DNA of 64,000 nucleotides from an uncultured bacterium (GCA_903841185.1 CAIMIV010000042.1:11319-75318); one strand, 5' to 3'. Positions 1 through 10,991 are shown, counted from the stretch's first letter. Notes: generated by a model not told the origin, from the sequence alone. Made by a program: numbers and translations.

Positions 1-4
1 TCGT

Positions 5-1111
5 GTGCTGGAAAATATTAAGAAAATAGTGCGGGAAGAAATGAATGCTGTCGGTGGGCAAGAAGTGATGATGACCACTTTGCAACCGAAGGATATTTGG
101 GAAAAGACAGATCGCTGGGATGATGCCAAGGTGGATAACTGGTTCAAGACAAAGCTGGTTAACGGCACCGAGCTGGGTGTGGGGCTTACTCACGAGGAGC
201 CAATAGTGGATGCGGTTAGCAACTATTTGAATTCTTATAAGGATATGCCATTTGCGGTGTATCAGATTCAAAATAAATTTCGCAACGAGCTTAGGGCTAA
301 GAGTGGATTGTTGCGCGGTCGTGAATTTGTGATGAAGGATATGTATACATTTTGTCGCAATCATGAGCAACATGATCAGGAATATGAAAAAATAGTAGCG
401 ACCTATTATAAGGTTTACGATAGATTGGGGTTGGGTGCGATTACTTATCGAACTTACGCCGATGGTGGAATTTTTACCCCACGTTTTAGCGATGAATTTC
501 AAACGCTCAGTGAAGTGGGGGAAGATACGATTTATGTTGACGAGGCCAAGCGAATTGCTATTAATGAAGAAATTTATACTGATGAAAATCTGGCGAAGCT
601 GGGACTTAATAAGAGCGAACTCGTTGCTAAAAAAGGTATTGAAGTTGGAAATACTTTTCATCTGGAATCTAAATATACGGACGCGTTAGGTTTATATTAC
701 AAAGACGAAAAGGGTGAAAAGCAGTCAATTATTATGGGATGTTATGGTATTGGCGTTAGTCGCTTAATGGGAGTAATCGCGGAACTGTTTGCGGATGATA
801 AAGGTTTGATCTGGCCGGAGGCGATTGCACCTTTTCGAGTGCATTTGCTGAGTCTCAATCAAAACGAAAAAGCCCAAGAAATCTATGATGCGCTAAATGC
901 TGCCGGCGTGGAAGTGTTGTTTGATGATCGCGAGGTGAATGCCGGGGTGAAATTTGCCGATGCGGATTTGATGGGGATGCCCTTTCAACTGGTGGTGAGT
1001 GAGAAGAATATGCGGGACAATCGTGTGGAACTTAAAAATAGAAAAACCGGAGCGGTGGAATATATCCCCTTGGATAGTTCGGAGATAGTCAAATATTTTC
1101 AGAACAAATAA
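5..1111 (+). CDS. proS: Prolyl-tRNA synthetase, 5' end outside the window; short form without an obvious editing insertion
   Basis: Motifs LTHEE, FRNELRAKSGLLRGREFVMKDMY, MGCYGIGVSR and a C-terminal anticodon domain (DDRE..GVKFADADLMG). Confidence 0.95.
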   Translation: MLENIKKIVREEMNAVGGQEVMMTTLQPKDIWEKTDRWDDAKVDNWFKTKLVNGTELGVGLTHEEPIVDAVSNYLNSYKDMPFAVYQIQNKFRNELRAKSGLLRGREFVMKDMYTFCRNHEQHDQEYEKIVATYYKVYDRLGLGAITYRTYADGGIFTPRFSDEFQTLSEVGEDTIYVDEAKRIAINEEIYTDENLAKLGLNKSELVAKKGIEVGNTFHLESKYTDALGLYYKDEKGEKQSIIMGCYGIGVSRLMGVIAELFADDKGLIWPEAIAPFRVHLLSLNQNEKAQEIYDALNAAGVEVLFDDREVNAGVKFADADLMGMPFQLVVSEKNMRDNRVELKNRKTGAVEYIPLDSSEIVKYFQNK

Positions 1112-1177
1112 CCCAAGAGAAGAAAGATACCGCTCCGCTAAAACGGGGCGGTAATTATTTGCGAATTAGAAAAATAT

Positions 1178-2965
1178 ATGAGTAAAAAAGAGAATAAGAA
1201 AAAACAGGAGGGGATTGATTTGAGGCGCTTTTGGACGCGTCTTTGGCGGCTGTTGGAACCCAGTCATAAGCAGATTATAAGATTGCTGTTCTTGACTATT
1301 GTGATAGAGATAATCAGCTTACTGGGTCCATATATGCTGAAATTGGTGATTGATAAAATTACTCATTTTGATGTGGCTCAAATAGGTAGCATCATTGGTT
1401 TGGTTATTGTAACATTTTTGGTTAATCAGTTGGTTTCAGTGACGGATTATTTTCGTGATCGAAGAGTATTTGATGTCTTGACGGATATTATCTCCTACCT
1501 GGCTAATAATGCACACAAAAAAATGGTATTTTTGAGTTTAGGCTATCACGAAAAAGAAAGCACCGGCAGTAAAATCATTAAAATCAGTCGGGGGATTGAT
1601 AAGATTGACAATTTGTTCGGCAATTTTTTCTGGGAAGTGGCGCCCACAATTTTTCAAGTGATTTTTACCGCCATTACGCTGTTTGTCATTGATTGGCGTT
1701 TTGCTATTATTATCATTATCTTTATACCGGCTTTTGTTTTTCTGACTGTGCGGGTTAATAAGATGGTATTTCCCTTTCGCAAAAAGCGTTTCGATGAGCA
1801 AGAAGTGGCTTCCGGGATGATGGCGCAATCTATTATTAATATCAATACGGTCAAATCTTTTGTGCAAGAATGGCGAGAATATGGGCGGTTTTCTCGGGCG
1901 ACGGAAAATATCAGAACAAGTATCTTGGGTGAATATCGCAAGATTTTGAAATACAACTTGTTGCGCAATTTGATCATTGATTTAGGGCGAGGATCAGTGT
2001 TGATGCTTGGCGTGTATTTGGTGATGCGTAGTCAGATTACCTTAGGAAGTTTAGTGTTTGTTTTCACTATCTCGGAAAAAGGTTTGATTTCCCTTTTCCG
2101 TGTTTCGCGATTGTATGATCGCATCATGGAATCCAGTGAAGCGGTGGAAAGATTGTATGTGCTGTCTACGGAAGAATCGGAAATAGAAAACAATCCCCAT
2201 GGTTTCAAACCGAAAAGCATTGAAGGGCAGATTGAATTCAAAGACCTTTCCTTCTATTATAACGATAGCAAAAATAGCGCCATCAGCCATGCCAGTTTTC
2301 AAATTTCTTCCAATTGTGTCACCGCGCTGGTGGGCCCTTCCGGCGGTGGCAAGACCACAGTGGTGCGTATGCTCTATCGGCATTATGATCCCAGCAGTGG
2401 ACAGATTTTGCTGGATGGCAGGGATCTGCGCGAATATGACCTATATGCTTTTCGCAAATTCATGGCTATCGTGCCTCAGGAAGTGGATATTTTTGATACT
2501 AGTGTCAAAGAAAATATTGCTTATGCCAAACCGGGAGCCAGTCAGGAAGAAATCGTGGCGGCGGCGCGCATTGCTAATGCTGAAGAGTTCATTTTGCAAC
2601 TGAATGCCGGTTATGATACGATGGTCGGCGAGCGCGGTATCAAATTGTCCGGCGGGCAAAGGCAACGGATCGGCATCGCGCGGGCCATTCTGGCTAATCC
2701 GAAAATTTTGATTTTCGACGAAGCCACGAGCAATTTGGATTCGCAAAGCGAACGCTTGATCCAGGATGCCATGGACAAGATTTCCAAAAACCGCACGGTG
2801 ATTATGATCGCTCATCGCTTGAGCACCATTCGCAAGGCGGACAAGATTATTGTCTTGGAAAAGGGACGAGTCATCGAATCCGGCAGTCATCACGAATTGG
2901 CCAAATCCGATGGCGGACTGTACCAAAAATTGCTCCAATTGCAGCAAATGGGGGAAGTGGATTAA
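1178..2965 (+). CDS. ABC exporter, fused permease and ATPase (MsbA/Sav1866-like)
   Basis: N-terminal TM helices; GPSGGGKT, LSGGQRQR, ILIFDEATS, IAHRLST. Confidence 0.93.
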   Translation: MSKKENKKKQEGIDLRRFWTRLWRLLEPSHKQIIRLLFLTIVIEIISLLGPYMLKLVIDKITHFDVAQIGSIIGLVIVTFLVNQLVSVTDYFRDRRVFDVLTDIISYLANNAHKKMVFLSLGYHEKESTGSKIIKISRGIDKIDNLFGNFFWEVAPTIFQVIFTAITLFVIDWRFAIIIIIFIPAFVFLTVRVNKMVFPFRKKRFDEQEVASGMMAQSIININTVKSFVQEWREYGRFSRATENIRTSILGEYRKILKYNLLRNLIIDLGRGSVLMLGVYLVMRSQITLGSLVFVFTISEKGLISLFRVSRLYDRIMESSEAVERLYVLSTEESEIENNPHGFKPKSIEGQIEFKDLSFYYNDSKNSAISHASFQISSNCVTALVGPSGGGKTTVVRMLYRHYDPSSGQILLDGRDLREYDLYAFRKFMAIVPQEVDIFDTSVKENIAYAKPGASQEEIVAAARIANAEEFILQLNAGYDTMVGERGIKLSGGQRQRIGIARAILANPKILIFDEATSNLDSQSERLIQDAMDKISKNRTVIMIAHRLSTIRKADKIIVLEKGRVIESGSHHELAKSDGGLYQKLLQLQQMGEVD

Positions 2966-2986
2966 GAAAAAGACTAAATTGAAATT

Positions 2987-4777
2987 ATGAAAAAAAATAA
3001 GAATCCTTTAATAAACTTGTTGAAATATTCTTGGAGGTATTCGCCAAAAAAGAAATTTTTTGTGCTGTTTGTAATTCTTTCCATCATCGCTAATGCTATT
3101 GGACTGCTGGATATCATTTTGATCGGACGTGTTTTTAACTCCGTGCAATTTGATTCAGCTGATCCGAATTTGTTGACATATATTATAAAAAATTTAGCTT
3201 TGCTTGTGTTGGTGACGTTGGGGTTTTGGATATTTCATGGTATTTCTCGGATTATTGAAACGAAAAACGCCTTCCTGGTCAGAAAAAACTACAAAAAAGA
3301 AATGTTTGATCGCGTGATGGATTTGCCGGTCGAATGGCAGAAGGATAATCACAGCGGGGATACGATCAATAAGATAAATAAGGCTTCTGAGGCTTTGTTT
3401 GCTTTTTCCGAAGAGATTTTTACTGTGGTGCAGAATATTGTCAAATTGACCGGGTCAGTTCTGATTCTGTTCTTTTTTGATTGGAAGATGGCGCTCGTCG
3501 CAGTTTTCGTTTCTGTTCTGGCAGTTCTGACTTCCATAAGATTCGACAGGGTTTTAGAGGAGGGATATGAAAAAGTTTATCGAGCTGAGAATTATTTGGC
3601 TGCAGGCATCCATGATTATGTCAGTAATATTATAACTGTCATTTCTTTGCGATTGAAAGAAAAGGTTTCGCGGGAGATCAATAGCCGGTCGATGACAGCA
3701 TTCGGAGTCTTTAAGAAAAATACAGTGATTAATGAAGTTAAATGGTTTTCTATTGCCATGTATCTTTCGGTTGTTATTTCTGGAGTCTTGATTTACAACG
3801 CCTATGTTTCGTATAAGGCGACGGGGGTGATAGTGATGGGGACGTTGTTTGTTCTATATAGTTATTTGAAAAATGTGGGAGATTTCTTTTTCAATTTTGC
3901 GTGGATGTATAACGTGATGGTGCAGAGGAATACCGCTGTTTCTTTGGCAGAAACCATTTGTGATGAGCATGAAAAAATTACTCTGAAAAATAAAACTTAT
4001 TATTTGCCGGAAAATTGGAAGGTCTTGCAAATTAAGAATTTGAAATTCAGTTACAAGAAGAAGAGTGATGAGGATTATGTCGGAGAGAATATCAATGATA
4101 TTTCAATTTGCTTGGAAAGAAAAACAAAAGTTGCTCTGATTGGAGAAAGTGGCTCCGGTAAGAGCACGGTTCTAGCGCTTATTCGGGGACTGCACAATGC
4201 AGAAAAGGCGAATGTTTATTGCGATGGGAAAAAACTGTCTAATGGGATGGAACATTTCTATGAACACTCGGCTTTGGTGCCGCAGGATCCCGAAATTTTT
4301 AATGCTTCTGTAGAGGAGAACATAACTATGGGCATAAAAAATGAGCTTTCTGAGGTTAAGAACGTTATTCGCTACGCCTGTTTTGATACGGTATTGGCAC
4401 GTTTGAAAAAAGGACTAAAAACTAATGTGCTAGAAAAAGGCGTTTCATTGAGTGGTGGAGAAAAACAGCGCTTAGCTCTGGCGCGCGGGTTGCTCATGGC
4501 TAAAAAATACGACTTTTTACTCTTAGATGAGCCGACCAGTAGCGTAGACAGTGAAAATGAGTTGAATATTTATAAACATATCTTTGAGAATTATAAAGAA
4601 AAGACCATTATTTCTGCCATTCATCGATTGCATCTATTGAGATATTTTGATTACATCTATTTTTTCGAAAAAGGAAAAATAATTGCGGAGGGAAATTTCA
4701 ATACATTATTGAATGATGAAAAATTTAAAATTCTTTGGAGTAACTATTCAAAAAGCCAATCCGATACTAACGCTTAA
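2987..4777 (+). CDS. ABC exporter, fused permease and ATPase; tandem paralog
   Basis: TM domain; GESGSGKS, LSGGEKQR, LLLDEPTS, AIHRL. Confidence 0.92.
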   Translation: MKKNKNPLINLLKYSWRYSPKKKFFVLFVILSIIANAIGLLDIILIGRVFNSVQFDSADPNLLTYIIKNLALLVLVTLGFWIFHGISRIIETKNAFLVRKNYKKEMFDRVMDLPVEWQKDNHSGDTINKINKASEALFAFSEEIFTVVQNIVKLTGSVLILFFFDWKMALVAVFVSVLAVLTSIRFDRVLEEGYEKVYRAENYLAAGIHDYVSNIITVISLRLKEKVSREINSRSMTAFGVFKKNTVINEVKWFSIAMYLSVVISGVLIYNAYVSYKATGVIVMGTLFVLYSYLKNVGDFFFNFAWMYNVMVQRNTAVSLAETICDEHEKITLKNKTYYLPENWKVLQIKNLKFSYKKKSDEDYVGENINDISICLERKTKVALIGESGSGKSTVLALIRGLHNAEKANVYCDGKKLSNGMEHFYEHSALVPQDPEIFNASVEENITMGIKNELSEVKNVIRYACFDTVLARLKKGLKTNVLEKGVSLSGGEKQRLALARGLLMAKKYDFLLLDEPTSSVDSENELNIYKHIFENYKEKTIISAIHRLHLLRYFDYIYFFEKGKIIAEGNFNTLLNDEKFKILWSNYSKSQSDTNA

Positions 4778-4788
4778 ATAATAATTTT

Positions 4789-5286
4789 ATGGAAGTATAT
4801 AAATTAAAGTCAGAAGAATGGCAGGTATATAAGAATTTACGGCTAGAGGCTTTGCAACAAGTTCCAGTAGCCTTCGGCGCCTCATATGAAGAGTCAATGA
4901 GGATGACTAATGATGAGTGGCGAGGAAAATTGGAAAATCCAAAGAGTCATGTTTTTGTCGCTCGAGATGGAGATGATTATGTCGGCATGGCGGCGGCTTA
5001 TCAAGAACAAGGTGAAAAAATGGCACATATTGGTTATATTTGGGGCGTGTATGTGCGGGACACCTATCGCGGACAAAAACTGGGCAAGCAATTGTTGCAA
5101 GCAGTGTTGGATGAATTGATGAGCAACAAGGAAATTGAAAAAGTAAACTTGAACGTGAATGTTGCGCAACTTGCGGCAGTGAAGTTATACGAAACATTTG
5201 GCTTCCAAATTGCTGGCACGTTGCACAAAGAAATGAAGATTGGTAATGAGTATATTGATGAATATGTGATGGAAAGGATATTTTAA
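4789..5286 (+). CDS. GNAT family N-acetyltransferase
   Basis: GVYVRDTYRGQKLGKQL acetyl-CoA motif; AVKLYETFGF. Confidence 0.9.
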   Translation: MEVYKLKSEEWQVYKNLRLEALQQVPVAFGASYEESMRMTNDEWRGKLENPKSHVFVARDGDDYVGMAAAYQEQGEKMAHIGYIWGVYVRDTYRGQKLGKQLLQAVLDELMSNKEIEKVNLNVNVAQLAAVKLYETFGFQIAGTLHKEMKIGNEYIDEYVMERIF

Positions 5287-5303
5287 ATGAGTAAAATGAA
5301 TAT

Positions 5304-5882
5304 ATGCATAGAAAAATAATCTTAGCCTCCGGTTCTCCTCGACGCAAGGAGTTGTTGGAGCGATTGGGTTTGGCATTTGAAGTCGTGAGCAGCAATTATG
5401 AGGAGGATATGAGTTTGACTATGTCGCCATTGGAGCTGGCTAAATTTTTGTCGCAGGGCAAGGCGCAGGAAGTAGCTCGCAAATATACTAACCACCTTAT
5501 TATCGCGGCGGATACTTTTGTAGCGTTGGGAACTGAACTGCTGGGCAAGCCTCATACGGAAGCGGCTGCAGAGAAAATGCTGGAAAAAATCAGTGGCCAA
5601 GTGGTGTCGATTATCACCGGTTACACGGTAATGGATAGTGCTAGCAATAAAATAATTTCCGAGGCGGTGGAAGCTCGGGTACATATTAAAAAACTAACTG
5701 AGGAGGAAATTGCCAATTATATCCAAACTAAAGAACCTCTGGATAAGGCCGGTGCTTTTGCGGTGCAGGGCATCGGAGCGGTGATTATTGAAAAAACAGA
5801 AGGGGATTTTTTCGGCATCGTGGGCTTACCTCTCTATGCTTTAGCTAAAACACTCAAAAAATTTGGCGTGCAGGTGATTTAG
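5304..5882 (+). CDS. maf: Maf/YhdE-family nucleoside triphosphate pyrophosphatase
   Basis: IILASGSPRRKELL, IAADT, LGKP, DKAGAF.VQG, VGLP. Confidence 0.93.
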   Translation: MHRKIILASGSPRRKELLERLGLAFEVVSSNYEEDMSLTMSPLELAKFLSQGKAQEVARKYTNHLIIAADTFVALGTELLGKPHTEAAAEKMLEKISGQVVSIITGYTVMDSASNKIISEAVEARVHIKKLTEEEIANYIQTKEPLDKAGAFAVQGIGAVIIEKTEGDFFGIVGLPLYALAKTLKKFGVQVI

Positions 5883-5976
5883 CTGCATAGCGATGAAAAT
5901 CTTCCAGGGTGTTGTAAAATAGCGGGAAATGCTGTATATTTAAGAGAGAAACTAAATCTTTAGGAACTATAAAAAA

Positions 5977-6789
5977 ATGACCAAAATTATTATTGTAGAG
6001 GATGACCCGATGATCTCGGAAATCTATCATCGAAAATTTTCTGAATCCGACTTTGAGGTGTTGATTGCCACTAGTGCGGAACAGGCGCTTAATTTGGCGA
6101 AAACCGAGGAGAATGTTGATTTGGTTATGACGGATCTCATTATGCCCAAGATGGATGGCTTTGAATTGATTGAAGCTTTGCGGGGTGGGGATTATGATGA
6201 AAATATCAAAATCATCGTGACCAGCAACCTGAGCGAGCAGGCAGATCGGGAACGGGCGGCGACGCTCGGCGCCAATGGTTTTGTAGCGAAATCGGATTAT
6301 AGTCCCAGTGAGCTGGTGACTGAAGTGGAGAGATTAATGGATCAATATCAGCAACAGCAGAAAAATTCATCTAAGATAGAAAATTCTCAAAAGGGCGAAG
6401 GACATTCCAACGGCAAGAAAGTGTTATTGATTGAGGATGAGGAGATTTTCATCGAGATGTTTGGGGATAAATTGCGGCAAGATGGTTTCATAGTAGAAGC
6501 GGCCAGGAACGGGGCTTGGGGGGTGAAAGAAGTCATGAAAAATCCTTATGATCTTTTGGTGGTCGACATGGTCATGCCGGCCATGACGGGAGAGGAAATG
6601 GTGGCCAGAATCAAACTTAATGAAGATACGAAAAACATCCCCATTATTGTCCTATCAGCTTCTGTTGAGGAAGATGTGGCTAAGCGAGTGAAGGAGATGG
6701 GAGTGCAAGCTTTTTTTGTGAAAACCCAAATCACCCCAAGCATGTTGAGTCGAAAAGTTGAGGAGCTGCTAGGCATATTAGCAGCATAA
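5977..6789 (+). CDS. Response regulator with two tandem receiver domains and no output domain
   Basis: REC1 EDD..DLIMPKMDG..K; Q/S-rich linker; REC2 EDE..DMVMP..K. Confidence 0.88.
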   Translation: MTKIIIVEDDPMISEIYHRKFSESDFEVLIATSAEQALNLAKTEENVDLVMTDLIMPKMDGFELIEALRGGDYDENIKIIVTSNLSEQADRERAATLGANGFVAKSDYSPSELVTEVERLMDQYQQQQKNSSKIENSQKGEGHSNGKKVLLIEDEEIFIEMFGDKLRQDGFIVEAARNGAWGVKEVMKNPYDLLVVDMVMPAMTGEEMVARIKLNEDTKNIPIIVLSASVEEDVAKRVKEMGVQAFFVKTQITPSMLSRKVEELLGILAA

Positions 6790-6862
6790 AAATAATTATA
6801 TATAGACCTGTCGCGTAATAACTCACTACTGCAACTTATTAAGCAACAGATCTAAAAAAGAT

Positions 6863-8182
6863 ATGGAAAGAACATTGATTGAAAAAACCCCCGGTTTAGT
6901 GGGTCAGATAATTAAGTTGAGAGGCTGGGTCAGTATTCGTCGTGACCATGGCAAGCTGATCTTTATTGATTTACGTGATCGCACTGGCAAGATTCAAATG
7001 GTGATTATCCCGGACAAGGAAGAAGCCTACAACGCGGCCAAGGAAGTACGCAATGAATATATTATTGAAGTGGAAGGCTTGGTGAAAGCCCGTCCGGGAG
7101 GAGCCAAGAACGAAAAAACCCCCACCGGTGGCGTGGAGATTGAGGTGGAAAAATTATTGGTGATTACCAAACCAGAGGTGGAATTTCCTGTTAATATCGC
7201 GGATGAAGAAATGAATTTGCAACTGGAAACTTTGCTGGATAATCGGACGGTTACTTTGCGCAACGAAAAAATCAAAGCTATTTTCAAGATCTATGCCGAG
7301 ATGGTGGGTGCTTATGCCAGATTTATGAAAGGCGAGAGTTTTGTGGAAATCAAAACGCCTAAAATTCTTAATTCCGCCACGGAAGGAGGGGCAAATTTTT
7401 TCAAAATAAAATATTTTGACCAGGATGCCTATCTGGCGCAAAGTCCGCAGTTCTATAAGCAAGCCGGAGCGGCGGTTTTTGAACGTGTGTTTGAAATAGG
7501 TTCTGTTTTTCGCGCCGAGCCTCACTATACGACCAGGCACGTCAATGAATATATTGGACTGGATGCAGAAATGGCTTTTATCGACAGTTTCGAGGAGGTG
7601 ATGGACGAGCTGGAAAAAACTATGCAATATGTGATAGGTGAAATTGCCAAAAATTGTCCAGCAGAGCTGGCTCTATACGGAGTGGAAATCTCGCCGGTAG
7701 AAAAAATCCCCAGAATGAAATTGACAGAAGCTTTGGAAATTTTAGATAAAGAATATGGGAAAAAAATGGAAGACGTGGATATTGATGCGGAAGGGGAACG
7801 CTTGATTTGCGAATGGGTGAAGAAAAATCACAACAGTGATTTCGTGTTTTTGACGCACTATCCGACCAACATCCGGCCGTTTTATTCTATGCCCAGTCCT
7901 GATCCGCAATACACCGAAACTTTTGACTTGTTATTTATGGGCGTGGAAATCGCCAGTGGTGGCCAGCGGATTCATGACTACAACCAACTGGTGGCCAGCA
8001 TGAAAAAACATCATCTCAATCCGGAAGATTTTGCGCATTATTTGGATATTTTCAAATATGGCATTCCTCCACATGGCGGATGGGGATTGGGTTCAGAGCG
8101 CATCGTGCAAAAAATTCTTGGCTTGGGCAGCATCAAAGAGGCGGTGCTTTTCCCGCGAGACGTGAAAAGACTGACGCCCTAA
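6863..8182 (+). CDS. aspS: Aspartyl-tRNA synthetase, archaeal-type short form, probably non-discriminating
   Basis: OB fold (RDHGKLIFIDLRD), ATEGGA, LAQSPQFYKQ, FRAE, SGGQRIH, PPHGGWGLGSER, FPRD; 439 aa with no GAD insert. Confidence 0.92.
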   Translation: MERTLIEKTPGLVGQIIKLRGWVSIRRDHGKLIFIDLRDRTGKIQMVIIPDKEEAYNAAKEVRNEYIIEVEGLVKARPGGAKNEKTPTGGVEIEVEKLLVITKPEVEFPVNIADEEMNLQLETLLDNRTVTLRNEKIKAIFKIYAEMVGAYARFMKGESFVEIKTPKILNSATEGGANFFKIKYFDQDAYLAQSPQFYKQAGAAVFERVFEIGSVFRAEPHYTTRHVNEYIGLDAEMAFIDSFEEVMDELEKTMQYVIGEIAKNCPAELALYGVEISPVEKIPRMKLTEALEILDKEYGKKMEDVDIDAEGERLICEWVKKNHNSDFVFLTHYPTNIRPFYSMPSPDPQYTETFDLLFMGVEIASGGQRIHDYNQLVASMKKHHLNPEDFAHYLDIFKYGIPPHGGWGLGSERIVQKILGLGSIKEAVLFPRDVKRLTP

Positions 8183-8232
8183 ATAGCCAATAATCTTATT
8201 GCCCAACAGGTTTAATAAAAACAAAAAAAATT

Positions 8233-9405
8233 ATGCACACAGAACACTTGGACGAAAATAAATTGCGCCTAACCAGTTTTGTTACTTTCTTGATGGGCTT
8301 TGCCCAAGCCATGTTGGCCTACATCCTGTCTTCCTATTTTAAGTTGGCCAGCGGTACTGAGAGTATCGGCATATTCTACGGTTTTTCCTATATCGTTTTT
8401 TTGTTGATAGTGCTCAATTTGCATAAGCTGGTGCGCTGGTGGGGGAAAGCGAGTATTTTTTATTTTTCCCTGCTGGCAAAAATTGTTATTTTGACCTTGC
8501 TGATTTTCGTGGATCCCTCCAAAATGGCTGTTTTTTTGATGATGCTATACATTATTTTTGGCAGTCTGGAATGGGTGGCGTTGGATACGATTGTGGAAAG
8601 TTTTTCCGTGGACCGAATGTCCGGACGAATTCGCGGTTTGCATTTGACGATTGTCAATGCGGGATTTTTGTTTGGGCCGTTTGTTTCAACTTTCATTTTG
8701 GGGAAGATGGATTTTTACGGGGTTTTTGTCATGGCGCTAGTTTTTAACTGCTTTGTTTTTATCTTCTCTTTGATAGGCTTCCGTCATGTGAATCATAAAT
8801 TTGAGCAAAAATTGAAGATAGCCGATGTCTTGCGGAAAATTGTGGTGCGAAAAAATATTCTGCGCATCTACTATATCTCATTGGTACTTGATTTTTTCTA
8901 CGCCTTGATGACCATCTATACCCCTATTTATCTGAAGGATCTGGGTTATTCTTGGGAGCAGATTGGTGTTATTTTCACTATCATGCTATTGCCTTTTGTG
9001 GTGGTGCAATATCCGATGGGCCGGTTGGCGGACAAGCGAACCGGGGAAAAAGAATTTATCATTTTATCGCTTTTGGTGATGGCCGCCTCCACTATCGCGA
9101 TTTATTTCATCGGTACGGGAACGGTTTTTCTTTGGGCACTGGTGCTCTTTGTTACCAGAATCGGAGCGGCTCTTTTGGAAATTCTGCGGGATTCTTATTT
9201 TTTCAAAAAAATTGATGCGGCTGACGTCGACATTATCGGCTTCTTTCGTACTTCGGTTCCGGTGGCCTATATTGCCGCCACGCTGTTTTCCGCCTTGATC
9301 GTTTTTTTCTTATCCATGCGATATGCTTTTATTTTGTCCGGACTGGTGACGCTTTCTGCTTTGTATCCGGCTTTTAAGCTCCGGGATAATAAAGCGGAGA
9401 AATAA
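8233..9405 (+). CDS. MFS transporter
   Basis: About 12 hydrophobic segments; MGRLADKRTG motif A. Confidence 0.85.
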   Translation: MHTEHLDENKLRLTSFVTFLMGFAQAMLAYILSSYFKLASGTESIGIFYGFSYIVFLLIVLNLHKLVRWWGKASIFYFSLLAKIVILTLLIFVDPSKMAVFLMMLYIIFGSLEWVALDTIVESFSVDRMSGRIRGLHLTIVNAGFLFGPFVSTFILGKMDFYGVFVMALVFNCFVFIFSLIGFRHVNHKFEQKLKIADVLRKIVVRKNILRIYYISLVLDFFYALMTIYTPIYLKDLGYSWEQIGVIFTIMLLPFVVVQYPMGRLADKRTGEKEFIILSLLVMAASTIAIYFIGTGTVFLWALVLFVTRIGAALLEILRDSYFFKKIDAADVDIIGFFRTSVPVAYIAATLFSALIVFFLSMRYAFILSGLVTLSALYPAFKLRDNKAEK

Positions 9406-9540
9406 ATTATAGAGTGGAAAAAATGGAGAATACCCCCATTTCAAGGTTATTTGGAGTAATTTGAAAAAAAAGAGAATTAGTGCTATGATAGATGAGTATT
9501 TAACCTCATTGGCGGGCAAGACAGATGGATATTTTGAATT

Positions 9541-10263
9541 ATGATTTATAACGTAAAAACGGACAAATTTGAAGGCCCCATGGAGTTGCTCTTGGAGCTG
9601 ATTGAAAAGGAAAAGCTCAGTATCACTGAACTGAGTTTGGCGCATGTCGCCAATCAATATCTGGAATATATCCGGCAGGAAGAGGGCATTAAGTTGGAGC
9701 ATTTGGCGGAATTTCTGGCGGTCGCTGCTAAGCTGATTTTGATAAAATCCAGAGCGCTTCTGCCTATGCTGGAGTTCACAGAAGAAGAGGAGGAGGAAAT
9801 CAAGGATCTAGCTCAACAACTGGCGGAATATAAAAAGTTCAAAGAGGCGTCGCTGGTGCTGGGCAATATGAGTGAGGCGGGAAAGATTAGTTATAACCGA
9901 CCTAATTTTGTCGGAGTGCAAACTATTTTCTATCCCCCGGAGGATATTAATATCTATGATTTCAGAAAATATTTTCAGCTGGTGTTGCAAGAAATTCCCA
10001 TTATTGAAAAGCTAGACGAAGAAACGGTGCGCGAAGTGATTACGCTGGAAGAGAAGATTAATGACCTGCAGAACACGTTGCGACAAAGAGTGGAAATGTC
10101 CTTTGCGGAACTGACACAGGGTGCTGTGGACAAAATTGACGTCATTCTCTCCTTTCTGGCGATGCTGGAAATGGTGAAGCAACGTATTATTGACGTGGAG
10201 CAGGGTGAGCTATTCCAGGAAATACGACTAAAACATAAAACTGTTAATAATAGTAGTGTATAA
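9541..10263 (+). CDS. scpA: Segregation and condensation protein A
   Basis: FEGPMELLLELI, LILIKSRALLP, FLAMLEMVKQ; upstream of scpB. Confidence 0.93.
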   Translation: MIYNVKTDKFEGPMELLLELIEKEKLSITELSLAHVANQYLEYIRQEEGIKLEHLAEFLAVAAKLILIKSRALLPMLEFTEEEEEEIKDLAQQLAEYKKFKEASLVLGNMSEAGKISYNRPNFVGVQTIFYPPEDINIYDFRKYFQLVLQEIPIIEKLDEETVREVITLEEKINDLQNTLRQRVEMSFAELTQGAVDKIDVILSFLAMLEMVKQRIIDVEQGELFQEIRLKHKTVNNSSV

Positions 10264-10271
10264 AAGTTAAA

Positions 10272-10408
10272 AGATACAATAATCAAGACACAATAACCCT
10301 GCCTACCGGCAGGCAGGCAAACAAATCTCATCCGCCAGCTGGCGGACAATAATCAAAATTTGTTTATTAAATATTGTTTGTACCTTGTTTCTTGGTAATT
10401 GATTATTG
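10272..10408. repeat. Heptamer-periodic imperfect inverted repeat carrying two GC-rich mini-palindromes (10298-10317, 10331-10346)
   Basis: acaataa/tcaagac units with core caaacaaatctca, mirrored by ttgttt...ttgattattg; inserts cctgcctaccggcaggcagg and tccgccagctggcgga. Confidence 0.75.
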
Positions 10409-10413
10409 TTTTT

Positions 10414-10953
10414 ATGGATCAAGAAAAAATAAAATCTATTCTCGAGAGCGTGCTGTTTGTGAGCGGCGAGGCTATTAGCGTGGCCAAGCTGGTGAAGATT
10501 ACGGGTGTAGTTGAAGAGGAAATTGAAGCGGCTATCATATCCTTGCAAGCAGATTATGGAAAAGATCGGGGCATAGTAATCATCCGCAAAGAGCAGGAGT
10601 TACAAATGGCCACTAATCCCGAAAATGCGGCTATGGTGGATCAATTGATTAAAAGTGAGATTCAAGAAAATCTCAGCCGAGCCGCTTTGGAAGTGTTGTC
10701 CATCATCGCGTATCGGGGACCAATTACGCGCGTCGAAGTGGAGGCCATTCGCGGAGTCAATTGCAGTTTCACGGTTCGATCGCTCATGATGCGAGGTCTG
10801 TTGGAGCGCATGGAAAATCCCAAGGATAATCGGGGCTATTTGTATAAAATTTCTTTTGATTTTTTGCGCAAGCTGGGCATCGATAGTATTGACAAATTGC
10901 CTGATTACGAAACGCTTTCTGTGGATGCGCGAATAGAAAGCATTATTGCCTGA
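10414..10953 (+). CDS. scpB: Segregation and condensation protein B
   Basis: LESVLFVSGE, LSRAALEVLSIIAYRGPITR, IRGVN; ATG at 10414 preferred. Confidence 0.93.
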   Translation: MDQEKIKSILESVLFVSGEAISVAKLVKITGVVEEEIEAAIISLQADYGKDRGIVIIRKEQELQMATNPENAAMVDQLIKSEIQENLSRAALEVLSIIAYRGPITRVEVEAIRGVNCSFTVRSLMMRGLLERMENPKDNRGYLYKISFDFLRKLGIDSIDKLPDYETLSVDARIESIIA

Positions 10954-10991
10954 CGGCAATTTAAAATTATAAATTTAAATTTTTTTCGCAT

